From positions 21,179 through 85,178 of the forward strand of contig JAFVCE010000024.1 of NCBI GenBank assembly GCA_017479385.1: a stretch of 64,000 nucleotides of DNA, given 5' to 3'. Source of the stretch: Bacteroidales bacterium. Lineage in GTDB: Bacteria; Bacteroidota; Bacteroidia; Bacteroidales; P3. The translations under genes and the position numbers were made by a program. The notes beneath the pieces were generated by a model. It ran no database searches and was not told where the DNA came from. It worked only from the letters and a program-made list of their open reading frames with translations. This document shows, piece by piece, positions 18,554 through 27,940 of this stretch. Within the stretch, counting starts at the first letter, position 1, and every line of letters begins with the position of its first letter.

Positions 18554-19440
18554 TGTTTTATTTTTTCGTAGATAGAAGCAATTTTGTTGTATAGTTGTTT
18601 AGAACTTTTTACCAGCGGCAGTCGTAGCACGTTGCTAATCGAGCCCTGAATTTCGAGCAGGGCTTTGATTCCGGTTGGGTTACCCTCTTCGAAAATGGCG
18701 TTCATTAGTGGTAATAGTCGGTAGTGTATTGGGAGAGCTTTCTTCAAATCGCCCTTCATGGCAGCTTTTACCATCGTCGACATTTCGCGTGGCATGGCGT
18801 TGGCAATCACGCTGATAACGCCTTCGGCTCCGAGGGCAATCATGGGGTAGGTGAGGGAGTCGTCGCCAGATATTACTTTGAAACCAGCAGGCTTGTTGTG
18901 TATTATTTCCATCACCTGACCAAGATTACCGCTGGCTTCCTTAATGCCAACCACATTGGGGCATTCGGCTGCTATTTGGAGCGTGGTGTCGGCGGTGAGG
19001 TTTACGCCGGTGCGTCCCGGCACGTTGTAGAGCAGCACAGGTACAGGCGAGGCTTCGGCAATGCATTTGAAGTGTTGCGCCAGTCCTCGTTGATTGGGCT
19101 TGTTGTAGTATGGGGTAACAGAGAGTATGCCGCTAATGCCGTCGAAATTGGTGCGGGCAATGGTATCGGTTACGTGTAGGGTATTGTTGCCTCCCATGCC
19201 CAGCACGATGGGGCAACGCCCAGCCACATTCTCCACAATGAAGTCTTGCACCGTGCTCAGTTCGTTGGCAGTCATTGTCGCGGCCTCGCTGGTGGTTCCG
19301 AGTGCCACAATGTAGTCGGCTCCGCCTGCTATGATATTTTCAATAATATTTTCGAGTTTGCCGAAGTCTATAGTTTCTTGTTTCCGGAAAGGGGTGATGA
19401 GGGCAACTCCTGTACCGGTGAATAATTTATTGTTGGCCAT
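18550..19440 (-). CDS. dapA: 4-hydroxy-tetrahydrodipicolinate synthase
   Basis: 296 aa with TGVALITPF, GTTSEA and the YNVPGRTG motif. Confidence 0.95.
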   Translation of the reverse strand: MANNKLFTGTGVALITPFRKQETIDFGKLENIIENIIAGGADYIVALGTTSEAATMTANELSTVQDFIVENVAGRCPIVLGMGGNNTLHVTDTIARTNFDGISGILSVTPYYNKPNQRGLAQHFKCIAEASPVPVLLYNVPGRTGVNLTADTTLQIAAECPNVVGIKEASGNLGQVMEIIHNKPAGFKVISGDDSLTYPMIALGAEGVISVIANAMPREMSTMVKAAMKGDLKKALPIHYRLLPLMNAIFEEGNPTGIKALLEIQGSISNVLRLPLVKSSKQLYNKIASIYEKIKQ

Positions 19441-19445
19441 GACGG

Positions 19446-19991
19446 TTATTTTTTTATCATTCCTAAATAGTTGATTATGTTGTTGAAAAATGGTTTTAGT
19501 TCAAGTTGACCTTTGCCCCTGATGATGAGGTCGTAGAGTTCGGATGGCTCGTCAGAGGTGTCGGCATAGACTGTTTTGAGGTCGGCCAAAGTTTTGAGAG
19601 TGATGTATTTGGCGAAGAAATTGTCGTCGCCAGTGGTATCGATAAGCAGGTCATAGTGTTCGTCGATAAAGTCGTGAATGGCTTCGTCGCGAGGTATGCC
19701 CCAAAAGTCGAAGTCGTCTTTCTCGTGGCAGATATATGTCTGACGATGGGTTATTACGTAGTCGAGGTTGAGCTCTTTTGGTTGCAGACCAATCATGCGG
19801 ACTTGTTTGCCATCGCTCTCCATGGCACGGGCAAAGTGGTTGAGTATGTTCCACCGAGTGTCGTCGCCAAGTATGAAAATGACTCCGATGGTTTTTATGT
19901 CGCAGATGTTCTCAATGCGCTTGGTGCGTTTGATGTTCTGTAGTTGTTTCAGAAGGTGACGTCGTCGGTATTCTTTGATGTATTCAAACAT
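19446..19991 (-). CDS. conserved hypothetical cytoplasmic protein
   Basis: 181 aa with no motif I can name. It is tightly packed between rnhB and dapA. Confidence 0.6.
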   Translation of the reverse strand: MFEYIKEYRRRHLLKQLQNIKRTKRIENICDIKTIGVIFILGDDTRWNILNHFARAMESDGKQVRMIGLQPKELNLDYVITHRQTYICHEKDDFDFWGIPRDEAIHDFIDEHYDLLIDTTGDDNFFAKYITLKTLADLKTVYADTSDEPSELYDLIIRGKGQLELKPFFNNIINYLGMIKK

Positions 19992-20015
19992 AGTAGCAAA
20001 TGTGTGAAAGGTTTG

Positions 20016-20663
20016 TTAGAAAGATAATTCCATTTGTCGGTCGAGTTTGAACGAGCGGCGATGAAAGGGGGTGGTGCCATATTGGGCAATGGCCGAGTAG
20101 TGGGCGGCGGTGGGGTAGCCCTTATTTCTGTCCCATCCGTATTGAGGATAGTCGATGTTGAGCTGTGTCATGTGTTCGTCGCGATAGGTTTTGGCCAGTA
20201 TGCTCGCGGCGGCAATGGCCATAAAGCGCCCATCGCCTTTCACGAAGCATTCGTAGGGGATAGGTGTTTCGTTATAGAATCGGTTGCCATCAATTAATAG
20301 AAGTTGAGGAGCTAATGGTGTAGGAACTGTTCCGCCTATTGCCACACATTCTGGTGAGGGGTTTCCGCAAATGGCGTTGACTGCTACGCACATGGCGTGT
20401 GTCGAGGCGTGCAGGATGTTGAGTCTATCTATCTCTGCTGGCTCTACCGCGGCTACGGCCCATGCTGTGGCTGTTTGTTCAATTTCGTGGCGAAGGTGGT
20501 TGCGCTTGATGGCTGTTAGTTGCTTCGAGTCGTTGAGCTTTTCGTTTGCGTAGCCGGCAGGCAGAATTACAGCTGCTGCATAAACAGGGCCGGCAAGACA
20601 TCCCCGTCCAGCTTCGTCGCAGCCGCACTCTATGGTATTGGGTTTGTAGTGTTGTGCCAGCAT
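20016..20663 (-). CDS. rnhB: ribonuclease HII
   Basis: 215 aa with GCDEAGRGCLAGPVYAAAV. Confidence 0.92.
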   Translation of the reverse strand: MLAQHYKPNTIECGCDEAGRGCLAGPVYAAAVILPAGYANEKLNDSKQLTAIKRNHLRHEIEQTATAWAVAAVEPAEIDRLNILHASTHAMCVAVNAICGNPSPECVAIGGTVPTPLAPQLLLIDGNRFYNETPIPYECFVKGDGRFMAIAAASILAKTYRDEHMTQLNIDYPQYGWDRNKGYPTAAHYSAIAQYGTTPFHRRSFKLDRQMELSF

Positions 20664-20666
20664 TTG

Positions 20667-21653
20667 TTATCGTATGAAGTTATAGACTATGGCTGCTATC
20701 AGGGTGAGGATGAAGACAATGTCCCATATCCACGGCCTGCGGCTGCGAGTTTGATGAAGGAAGAATAGTGTGGCCTGCAGGGCGAATGGAAGTGCCAACA
20801 TCTGCATATCGACGGGGAAGATTCTCGAGTAGCACATGATTATTATTCCAGCCACCATGAGGAGGCTGATGGCCGTCATGTTTTTTTGGTAGACCACTGG
20901 CCGCTCGTTAGCTACAGCCAAACTGCCTAACAGCGAAATTAAGGTGACAGCTATTATGTAGCTGTTGGTGATATTTGCTGCTGTGTTAGAGCTGTCGACC
21001 TCGATGTTCAGTCGGCTGGCTTCTGTAATCATTTCTTGCCAAGTCTCGACCAAATTGTCGGTTATGAAGAGATAGGTGGCAAAGGCAATGTAGGGGGCCA
21101 AAAAGCCAAGTATCATCACCACCCAGTCGCGCCAGTTGTAGAGGCGATAGATGATGACCACGAGCATGAACGAAATTATAAGGCTATAGGTAGGCATATA
21201 GACGAGCGTGCACATACCCACAAGGGCCATAATGCCGAATGTCTTTTCGGGTGGGATGGTTAGCAGTGCACCACGAAGTAGCAGTAGGTGGGTGCATATA
21301 ACGAGCACAAAATCAACTATCACCATTGGGGTCAGCGTTTGCCCATGAGGATTCACGCTCATGGCTACGATGTAGAGCAATGTTGGCAGCAGTGTGTTGT
21401 TTGGAATGATGTGGGTGTCGGCCAATATAATATTAAATAGTATGGCCGAGGCAACAACTACTATTAGGGCTATGGACGACGCCAGTCGTGGCAGAGGCGA
21501 GAGCCAGGTGTGGAGGAGGTCGAAGATTGGTGAGTAGCTACCAGTCTCGGGCATTGGAACTGGGGTGACAAATGCCGGAATCCACAACGCAGCCGTGATG
21601 ACCACAATTGCGGCCATTTGCATTACTGTGTTGGTGTGGAAATTGCGTAGCAT
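20667..21653 (-). CDS. polytopic integral membrane protein, unknown function
   Basis: 328 aa with about 9-10 hydrophobic helices. It starts 3 nt from the rnhB start region. Confidence 0.65.
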   Translation of the reverse strand: MLRNFHTNTVMQMAAIVVITAALWIPAFVTPVPMPETGSYSPIFDLLHTWLSPLPRLASSIALIVVVASAILFNIILADTHIIPNNTLLPTLLYIVAMSVNPHGQTLTPMVIVDFVLVICTHLLLLRGALLTIPPEKTFGIMALVGMCTLVYMPTYSLIISFMLVVIIYRLYNWRDWVVMILGFLAPYIAFATYLFITDNLVETWQEMITEASRLNIEVDSSNTAANITNSYIIAVTLISLLGSLAVANERPVVYQKNMTAISLLMVAGIIIMCYSRIFPVDMQMLALPFALQATLFFLHQTRSRRPWIWDIVFILTLIAAIVYNFIR

Positions 21654-21673
21654 TGTCTTTGTTTGTGACGTGT

Positions 21674-23836
21674 TTATTGTTTGACAAATTTTGCCACACG
21701 AGTGCCAACGCGCAGGGCGTATACGCCTCGGGGCAAACGACTAATGTCGATATCGGTTTCGCCAGTCACGGTTTGCGAGGCAATCATGCGGCCGTCGGCG
21801 GCAAAAACGGTGAGAGTCATAGGCGTGTCGGTTCCTGTCATGACGGTGACGTTGCTGCTCGCAGGATTGGGGTAGACCATGAGCGGCGTGGTGATGGGGA
21901 TGGCGGGGGTTATGCCGAGTTTGCGTATGGCCATATTGACGGCGCGCAGTGCGTCGACTTTGCCCCATCCCCATCTCGAGCTTATGCTGTCGCTTTCGCG
22001 TATCGGACCGGTGGTAATGTCGTTGCGGGTGGTGGTGAAGAGGCATTCGCGCACTTGGTCGACGTTGAGGTTCGGGTTGGCTTGTAGCAGCAGTGCAACG
22101 ATGCCGCTCACGGCTGGCGACGACATTGAGGTGCCGTCGAATGCTGCCCATTCGTAGATTTCTCCATTGAAGGAACTGGTGTAGCTCACATGTTCGTCGC
22201 GGTCGGTGCGGTAGGAGTTGAGCGACGAAACGACAGCCTTGCCGGGAGCCGATATTTCGGGTTTGTCTACGCCGTTGATGAGTGGCCCAATGCTGCTGAA
22301 CGAGGTGATTCTGCCAATGGTTACGGTCGAGTCGAGGTGCATGACGTCGGCAGCGTGTGCGGCAACGGTGATACATTTCGAGGCGCATGCCGGTTCGCTA
22401 ATGCCGTAGGTGTTGCCACCACTGACGTAGTTTGGTTTGTTGTTGTCGTAGAAGTTGCAACCGGTGTTGCCAGCATGGTTCTGGAGGTTCCAAACGTTCC
22501 AGGCGTGGACTGTACCCGACTGGGCGGTGATGAAGAGTTCGAGTGTGCCGGTGCTGGTCTTGCCAGCGTCGATTTGTATGTGGGTGCGGTGGCTAAAGCC
22601 GTAAGGGTAGTCGTGTTCGGCCATGACGGTGATGGGAATGGTTTCGGTGCCGAGGGTGATGGTGTCGAAGATGATGGTGATAGAGTCGGTCGAGTACCAC
22701 GGCGAGGTCCACTCGGTACTGTCGTCAAGCTGGTAGCGGATTTGGGCTTTGAAGTCGCGTTCGGGTTCGCCCCACATTATCAGGGCTTGGCCAGCTTCGC
22801 CATAGTCGTGTGCGGCTGGCGAGCGGAAGATGGTGGCAAAGGTGCGAAGGGTGTCGCCTTGGGTTTGGCTAAAGTCGTGGACAAGGTGGAAGTTGACGTC
22901 GCCGTTGTTGCCGGCGCTGGTGCAGAAGATGACACCTTGGGATGCCATCGTGTCGATGGTTTGGCTGAGGAGAGACTGGCCTTCGAGGCTGCTAAAGGTG
23001 TACATACCCCAACTGCTGTTGATGACTATGCGTCGGCCTTCGTCGTTGGCCACGCGCTGCATCCACGCGGCGGCGTCTATCCACGAAGCTTCGTCGAGCA
23101 GGAACGACGACATTAGCAGGTCGGCGTAGGGGGCTTGGCCTTGATATTCGTAGGTGCCATCGCTGCCACGCACACCGCGGCCGGCGGCAATGCCTGTCAC
23201 GTGGGTGCCATGGGTGCCATGCTTGTAGATGTTGAGGGTGTCGCACTCGGCTTCGAATAGGGCGTCGGTGCCAATTATCTCGGTTCCATAGTCGTAGCCT
23301 TGTGGATGTGGTTGGGCAGTGCGAAACTGGTCCCAAACTCGTTTTATGCGGCGGTTGTCGTTGGCACGGTTATTGTAGTTGATGTGTTTGTAGTCGAAGC
23401 CCCAGTCGGTGATACCTATATAGACGCCGCGGCCGTCGAAAGCCGTGTCGCCAATCACGCCGAGGCCTCGTTTAACGCTGTCGGTGCGGGTGTCGAAAGT
23501 GGTGTTTTGGCAGTATGTGCCGCCGATTGGGTGCGAGATGGTGTACTGTTCGACCATGCGGCTGGTGTCGAGCCACGTCAGCGCGGTTTGCGGCACGGTG
23601 AGGGTGACCATTTGGCCTATTTTGGAGCCGATGCGGATGCCTGTTTTTTCGACTGCCGAGGGGTCGTAGCCGGGTGCCATTTTGGCAATCATGCGAAATT
23701 GGGTCGAGCCGGCGGCGGCTTGCTGTTTGACGAGGGCAAGTGTGCTAACGTCGCACTTCGCCGATTGGGCAAAAATCGAGCCTATGAGGCTCATTGTTAG
23801 GATGATAGAGATGGTTCTTTTCATATCCATATTCAT
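21674..23836 (-). CDS. S8 (subtilisin-family) serine peptidase with T9SS C-terminal sorting domain
   Basis: 720 aa with a signal peptide, the motifs HGTHGTHVTGIAAG and GTSMSSPAVSGIVALL, and a C-terminal VYPNPASSNVTV...GVYALRV Por-secretion tail. The start could be M1, M3 or M5. Confidence 0.88.
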   Translation of the reverse strand: MNMDMKRTISIILTMSLIGSIFAQSAKCDVSTLALVKQQAAAGSTQFRMIAKMAPGYDPSAVEKTGIRIGSKIGQMVTLTVPQTALTWLDTSRMVEQYTISHPIGGTYCQNTTFDTRTDSVKRGLGVIGDTAFDGRGVYIGITDWGFDYKHINYNNRANDNRRIKRVWDQFRTAQPHPQGYDYGTEIIGTDALFEAECDTLNIYKHGTHGTHVTGIAAGRGVRGSDGTYEYQGQAPYADLLMSSFLLDEASWIDAAAWMQRVANDEGRRIVINSSWGMYTFSSLEGQSLLSQTIDTMASQGVIFCTSAGNNGDVNFHLVHDFSQTQGDTLRTFATIFRSPAAHDYGEAGQALIMWGEPERDFKAQIRYQLDDSTEWTSPWYSTDSITIIFDTITLGTETIPITVMAEHDYPYGFSHRTHIQIDAGKTSTGTLELFITAQSGTVHAWNVWNLQNHAGNTGCNFYDNNKPNYVSGGNTYGISEPACASKCITVAAHAADVMHLDSTVTIGRITSFSSIGPLINGVDKPEISAPGKAVVSSLNSYRTDRDEHVSYTSSFNGEIYEWAAFDGTSMSSPAVSGIVALLLQANPNLNVDQVRECLFTTTRNDITTGPIRESDSISSRWGWGKVDALRAVNMAIRKLGITPAIPITTPLMVYPNPASSNVTVMTGTDTPMTLTVFAADGRMIASQTVTGETDIDISRLPRGVYALRVGTRVAKFVKQ

Positions 23837-23849
23837 TATATGCGATATG

Positions 23850-23857
23850 CAAAGTTA
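23850..23857 (-). promoter_or_regulatory. -7 box TAACTTTG upstream of S8 peptidase
   Basis: The reverse complement of caaagtta lies 14 nt from the first ATG. Confidence 0.5.
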
Positions 23858-23894
23858 CGATTTTTTTTTATATAATGGAAAAAATATTGATGTT

Positions 23895-24080
23895 TGGGGC
23901 GTATTTGGGTCGCGGAGGGGTGTGATTGACGTTGGATTTGGGTCTGTGGGGGTAGGGTTTGGGGTGCAGATGGATTGTGATTGGCGAGGTTTTGGGGTCG
24001 GGCAGTGGAGGGTATGAGGAGGGGTAGAGTAGCGGAAAAGGTTGCGAAAAAATGGTGTTTGGGAGGGGTATAAATCGGGG
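23895..24080 (+). other. G-tract-rich spacer (G-quadruplex-prone) next to repeat copy A
   Basis: At least 13 runs of 3 or more G on the plus strand in about 185 nt, counted by eye. Confidence 0.7.
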
Positions 24081-24081
24081 C

Positions 24082-24167
24082 GTAAGTGGTTCAGTATCAA
24101 GCGTTGTTCGACCTCAATACGACCTTAACCCCTCTTTAACACGACTCGACCCCTGTGTTTCAATCAG
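24082..24167 (+). repeat. dispersed 11-bp-phased repeat, copy A
   Basis: gtaagtggt, then tcagtatcaag cgttgttcgac ctcaatacgac cttaacccctc tttaacacgac tcgacccctgt gtttcaatcag. Confidence 0.85.
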
Positions 24168-24192
24168 TTACAAGGGCGGTGTTTAGGGGTTT

Positions 24193-25797
24193 TTAGGGGG
24201 CGGTGCGGGGGGTGATAGAGATGTGGGTTATCTCGATGCGCCGGGCGCGCATGGCGTCGAGGCTGAAGATGGGGTCGTGGCCTGGGGCTACGGTTTGGTG
24301 GTCGGAGCCGTCGGGTCGCGCTTCGAGCGAGAGTTGGCCGTCGTCTATAAAGTCTTCAAGTTGGCCGTCGCGCCATTGTCGCAGGTGGTTCAGGAGTGTG
24401 GCTATGCGGCGTTGCGAGAGGCGCCGGTTGTAGGCCGAGGTGTGGCGCGGACTGGCATAGCCGCCCACGACGAGGGTGACGTTGCGGCCGGCTTCGAGGC
24501 TGTCGGCGAGTATGGCTACGAGGCTGTCGAGGCGGGCATAGGCGGTTGGCAGCTCGTGGTCGAAGAAGTGGGCCACACCTTCGCGTGCCGAGTCGGGCTG
24601 GGCATCGATGTAGGTTTGGCGCAGGGTGGTGTAGGATTGGTAGCACTGGGCATAGGCGGTTGTTGTGGTTGTGGCGCGGCTGCGCGGGTTGGGCTCGTCG
24701 TTGTGGAAGTAGAGCGGCAGTGGCGGCACAACGAGGCGCTCGAGCAGCCTACGCAGCGAGTCGGCACGGGCCAGGGCCTGCCCAGCGGTGTCGGGCGGTG
24801 GGGGAGTGGTGGGGGTGGTATCGACCAAGAGGGTGGTGTCTAACGCCCAGTGGTAGAGGTCGTTGCAGCAGGTCGAGTCGGTAACAAAGTACGAGTCTTC
24901 GCGGTTCGAGGAGAGGTAGCCCTCGACTGGTTGTTGGCCCACGTGGCGGGTTATGGTGAAGTAGATGTCGTTGTAGGCGCTTTGCATACAGTGGCATATT
25001 GGTGCTGGTTCGACCCAAGTGTTGCGGCTACCGTGAGAGTAGTATATGTCGAACCCGCCGGCGCCGCCAGGGCGGTCGCTGCTGTAGTAGAGGGTGTGGT
25101 TAGGGTTGTCGTAGAAAGGGGTGATTTCGTCGAACGGGGTATTGACGGGCATACCGAGGTTGGTGCTGACGCCTGGGCGGCCAGCCACGATGAGGCTGTA
25201 CCAGATGTCGAGTCCGCCCACGCCACCCGGACGGTCAGACACGAAGTAGAGTATCAGTGTCGAGTCGTTCACACGTTCCACGGCTGGGTGGGTGGCTGTG
25301 TAGCCATGCATATTGATGTCGCCCCCCAGCGGCTCGGGTTTGAGCCACTGGCGTTTTTGGCGGCGTGCCACGTAAATCTGGCTGCGGAGGGCGGTGTCGC
25401 GAATGTCGGCACGCGTAAAGTAGAGGTCGCCCGTGGCTGGGTCGAGGGCGGCGTTGCCGGTGTGGTATCGGCTGTTGTTCAGGTTCCAGCGGTTGGGTAT
25501 GGGTTTCGAGAGGCGGCCGCTGCGCGAGTGGCGAGCTTGGACCAGTTGCATGACGCGCGGATTGTAGCGAAACATTCGGTTGTTGGTCGATAGCTCTTGG
25601 GTCGAGGCGTAGAGTAGCACCGTGTCGCCCACCATTATGGCGCCCGTTTCGCTGCCAGGTGTGTTGTATGGTTTTTTGAGGTGGGTTACGTTGAACTGCG
25701 CCGAAGCCTGCCACACGGCTGCCACAGCGGCCACGGCGAGCAAGGCGCGGCGCGTGGCGGCGATTAGGGCGGTTGTGTTGTGGCTTGGGCGGCTCAT
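24193..25797 (-). CDS. OmpA-family protein with TolB-like beta-propeller repeats
   Basis: 534 aa with a signal peptide, repeated Y(F/Y)xSDRPGG(x)GGxDI(W/Y)YS motifs and a C-terminal OmpA-like peptidoglycan-binding segment (GYASPRHTSAYNRRLSQRR). Confidence 0.85.
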   Translation of the reverse strand: MSRPSHNTTALIAATRRALLAVAAVAAVWQASAQFNVTHLKKPYNTPGSETGAIMVGDTVLLYASTQELSTNNRMFRYNPRVMQLVQARHSRSGRLSKPIPNRWNLNNSRYHTGNAALDPATGDLYFTRADIRDTALRSQIYVARRQKRQWLKPEPLGGDINMHGYTATHPAVERVNDSTLILYFVSDRPGGVGGLDIWYSLIVAGRPGVSTNLGMPVNTPFDEITPFYDNPNHTLYYSSDRPGGAGGFDIYYSHGSRNTWVEPAPICHCMQSAYNDIYFTITRHVGQQPVEGYLSSNREDSYFVTDSTCCNDLYHWALDTTLLVDTTPTTPPPPDTAGQALARADSLRRLLERLVVPPLPLYFHNDEPNPRSRATTTTTAYAQCYQSYTTLRQTYIDAQPDSAREGVAHFFDHELPTAYARLDSLVAILADSLEAGRNVTLVVGGYASPRHTSAYNRRLSQRRIATLLNHLRQWRDGQLEDFIDDGQLSLEARPDGSDHQTVAPGHDPIFSLDAMRARRIEITHISITPRTAP

Positions 25798-25856
25798 GGA
25801 GGTGGGTTGTTGGGGATGTTTATGAATGAGTGTATAATGGTCTTGCTATCAGTTGG

Positions 25857-26858
25857 TTAGATGATGGGGCAGGGTAGGGCGCGGTAGCGTTGGGCGGCTT
25901 TGGCCAAGCGGTAGACTATGCCCACCTCGAACGAGCCAATCGAGTGCGACGCCTTGGCCAGACGCGAGAAGTTGGCGTCGTAGCTAAAAGCGAAGGTGAA
26001 AGGCCCGCGCTCGAGGGCGGCAGTGACCACCGCCGCGTCGGCATGGCGCAGGGTGACGCCGGCCGTGAAGGCTGTGTAGTGGAGTGGCGATTCGTTTATG
26101 TACCACCTCACGTCGGCGCCATAGAAGGCCTCGTTGTATTGGCCTTGCCTTTGGTAGCCGGCAATGGGCATGAGCGACACCCGTGGCCAGCATTGCCACT
26201 CGGCGCGGACGTAGGTGTTGAGCCTGCGCGCAAGGCGATTTTCGTCGCTGCCGAGGTAGCTGTAGGAGGGTTGGTTGAGGTTGAAGGCGGCCACGCCTGC
26301 CTTGAGGCAAAGCTCGTCGGTTAGTTGTCGGAACCAAGCCGCGCCTATACCCATCGTGAAGAGGTTGGCGCGTGTGGTTTCGAAGTTCTCGTGGCCTTCG
26401 GCAAGGTCTATGTTTTCGTCGTCGAAACCCACTTGAGCAACGCCCCCTTGCAGCGCCACCGAGAGCAGGTTGTCGCTGTGGCCGTTGAGCGAGATGAAGT
26501 AGGCCGCAATGACCTCTGCACCGCCGCTGCCGTAGTTGAGCGAGCCTGCACGGTCGGCATTGGCCACCACGCCGAGGCTGAAGCCCGAGAGAGCACCTCG
26601 GCCGTGGATTAGTGGCACTTCGGCCGTGGCGGCCAAGGTTTGGAATGGGCGGCTCACCGAGGCCCACTGGTTGCGATAGGTGGCGCCGAATCGGCCTTCG
26701 CCGTCGAAGAAACCGCAGTAGGCGGGGTTGTAGAGCACGGGGTTGATGTCGATTTGCGAAAAATGTATGTCCTGTCCGTTGGTAACATAATTAAGCGCCA
26801 TCGCGACGGCAAAGATGAGCGTCGTGGCGACCTGGCGTGTCGAGAGGCTGCCGGCCAT
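25857..26858 (-). CDS. type IX secretion system membrane protein, PorP/SprF family
   Basis: 333 aa from MAGSLSTRQ (ATG 26858-26856), with QDIHFSQIDINPVLYNPAY, typical of PorP/SprF. I reject the 668-aa track ORF because it extends antisense into tsaD. Confidence 0.85.
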   Translation of the reverse strand: MAGSLSTRQVATTLIFAVAMALNYVTNGQDIHFSQIDINPVLYNPAYCGFFDGEGRFGATYRNQWASVSRPFQTLAATAEVPLIHGRGALSGFSLGVVANADRAGSLNYGSGGAEVIAAYFISLNGHSDNLLSVALQGGVAQVGFDDENIDLAEGHENFETTRANLFTMGIGAAWFRQLTDELCLKAGVAAFNLNQPSYSYLGSDENRLARRLNTYVRAEWQCWPRVSLMPIAGYQRQGQYNEAFYGADVRWYINESPLHYTAFTAGVTLRHADAAVVTAALERGPFTFAFSYDANFSRLAKASHSIGSFEVGIVYRLAKAAQRYRALPCPII

Positions 26859-26884
26859 GGGGTGTGGTATGAGCCGGCGGGTTT

Positions 26885-27892
26885 TCAACTTCGGGTGTAG
26901 GGGGGTAGCGAGAGGTCGGCTGTTTCGCCGCGTAAGAATTTGAAATAGGCCGCTATGCCTACCATGGCGGCGTTGTCTGTGCAGAACTGTTTTTTGGGCA
27001 AGAACACCTGCCAGTGGTGGCGTTGGCCCATGGCTTCGAGGCGGCTGCGCAGGCACGAGTTGGCCGATACGCCTCCGGCAATGGCCACGGTGCGCACACC
27101 GGTGGCTTTGGCGGCTCGTTCCAGCTTCGAAAGCAGGAAATTGACTATGGTGCTCTGAATCGAGGCGCAGAGGTCGGCCTTGTGATGCTCGATAAAGTCG
27201 GGCTGCTCGGCCAGTCGGTCGCGCAAGAAGTAGAGGAACGACGTCTTCAGCCCGCTGAACGAGTAGTCGTAGCCCTCGATGTGTGGCGTAGCAAAGCGGT
27301 AGGCGTCGGGGTTGCCCTCCTGCGATAGGCGGTCGATGATGGGGCCACCCGGGTAGCCGAGGTCCATGATTTTGGCGGCTTTGTCGATGGCTTCGCCGGC
27401 GGCATCGTCGATGGTTTGGCCCAGCACCTCCATATCGAAATGCGAGCGCAGGAGCAGTATCTGCGTGTGTCCGCCCGAAACGAGCAGGCACAGCATCGGG
27501 AACTGGGGCACAGGGCTGTTGTCGGTTTCGCGAATAAAGTGCGAAAGCACGTGGGCTTGCAGGTGGTTTACCTCGACCAGCGGGCGGTCGAGGGCAATGG
27601 CCAAGGCTTTGGCAAACGACACCCCCACCATGAGCGAGCCGAGCAGGCCGGGTCCGCGGGTGAAGCCGATGGCGTCGATAGCCGAACGCGCAATGCCGGC
27701 GTTGGCAATGGCGGCATCGACAACCGGAATTATGTTCTGCTGATGAGCGCGCGAAGCCAACTCGGGCACTACGCCCCCATATTGTTCGTGAACTTTCTGA
27801 GAGGCAATGGTATTCGAGAGCAGGCGGTCGTTGCAGAGAACGGCTGCCGACGTGTCGTCGCACGACGATTCGATAGCGAGAATAGTAGTCAT
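26885..27892 (-). CDS. tsaD: tRNA N6-adenosine threonylcarbamoyltransferase
   Basis: I place the start at MTTILAIESSCDDTSAAV (ATG 27892-27890). It has the GVVPELASRAH and HLQAH motifs. Confidence 0.93.
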   Translation of the reverse strand: MTTILAIESSCDDTSAAVLCNDRLLSNTIASQKVHEQYGGVVPELASRAHQQNIIPVVDAAIANAGIARSAIDAIGFTRGPGLLGSLMVGVSFAKALAIALDRPLVEVNHLQAHVLSHFIRETDNSPVPQFPMLCLLVSGGHTQILLLRSHFDMEVLGQTIDDAAGEAIDKAAKIMDLGYPGGPIIDRLSQEGNPDAYRFATPHIEGYDYSFSGLKTSFLYFLRDRLAEQPDFIEHHKADLCASIQSTIVNFLLSKLERAAKATGVRTVAIAGGVSANSCLRSRLEAMGQRHHWQVFLPKKQFCTDNAAMVGIAAYFKFLRGETADLSLPPYTRS

Positions 27893-27900
27893 ATCGTTTG

Positions 27901-27908
27901 CAAAGTTA
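27901..27908 (-). promoter_or_regulatory. -7 box TAACTTTG upstream of tsaD
   Basis: The reverse complement of caaagtta lies 9 nt from the ATG, so the transcript is near-leaderless. Confidence 0.55.
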
Positions 27909-27940
27909 CATTTTTTTTTTGACATATCAGAAAAAAAAGT

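Noticed and set aside
23855-24100. 81-aa Pro/Thr-rich ORF on the minus strand in the G-tract spacer
   Set aside because: Its composition is simply the translation of C-rich DNA. It has no signal, start context or motif, and it overlaps the S8 promoter box.
25857-27863. 668-aa ORF in the track covering the PorP/SprF gene and extending far upstream
   Set aside because: The upstream 335 codons are Arg/Pro/His-rich nonsense read antisense to tsaD. The PorP/SprF homology, with signal-like N-terminus, begins at MAGSLSTRQ (26858).
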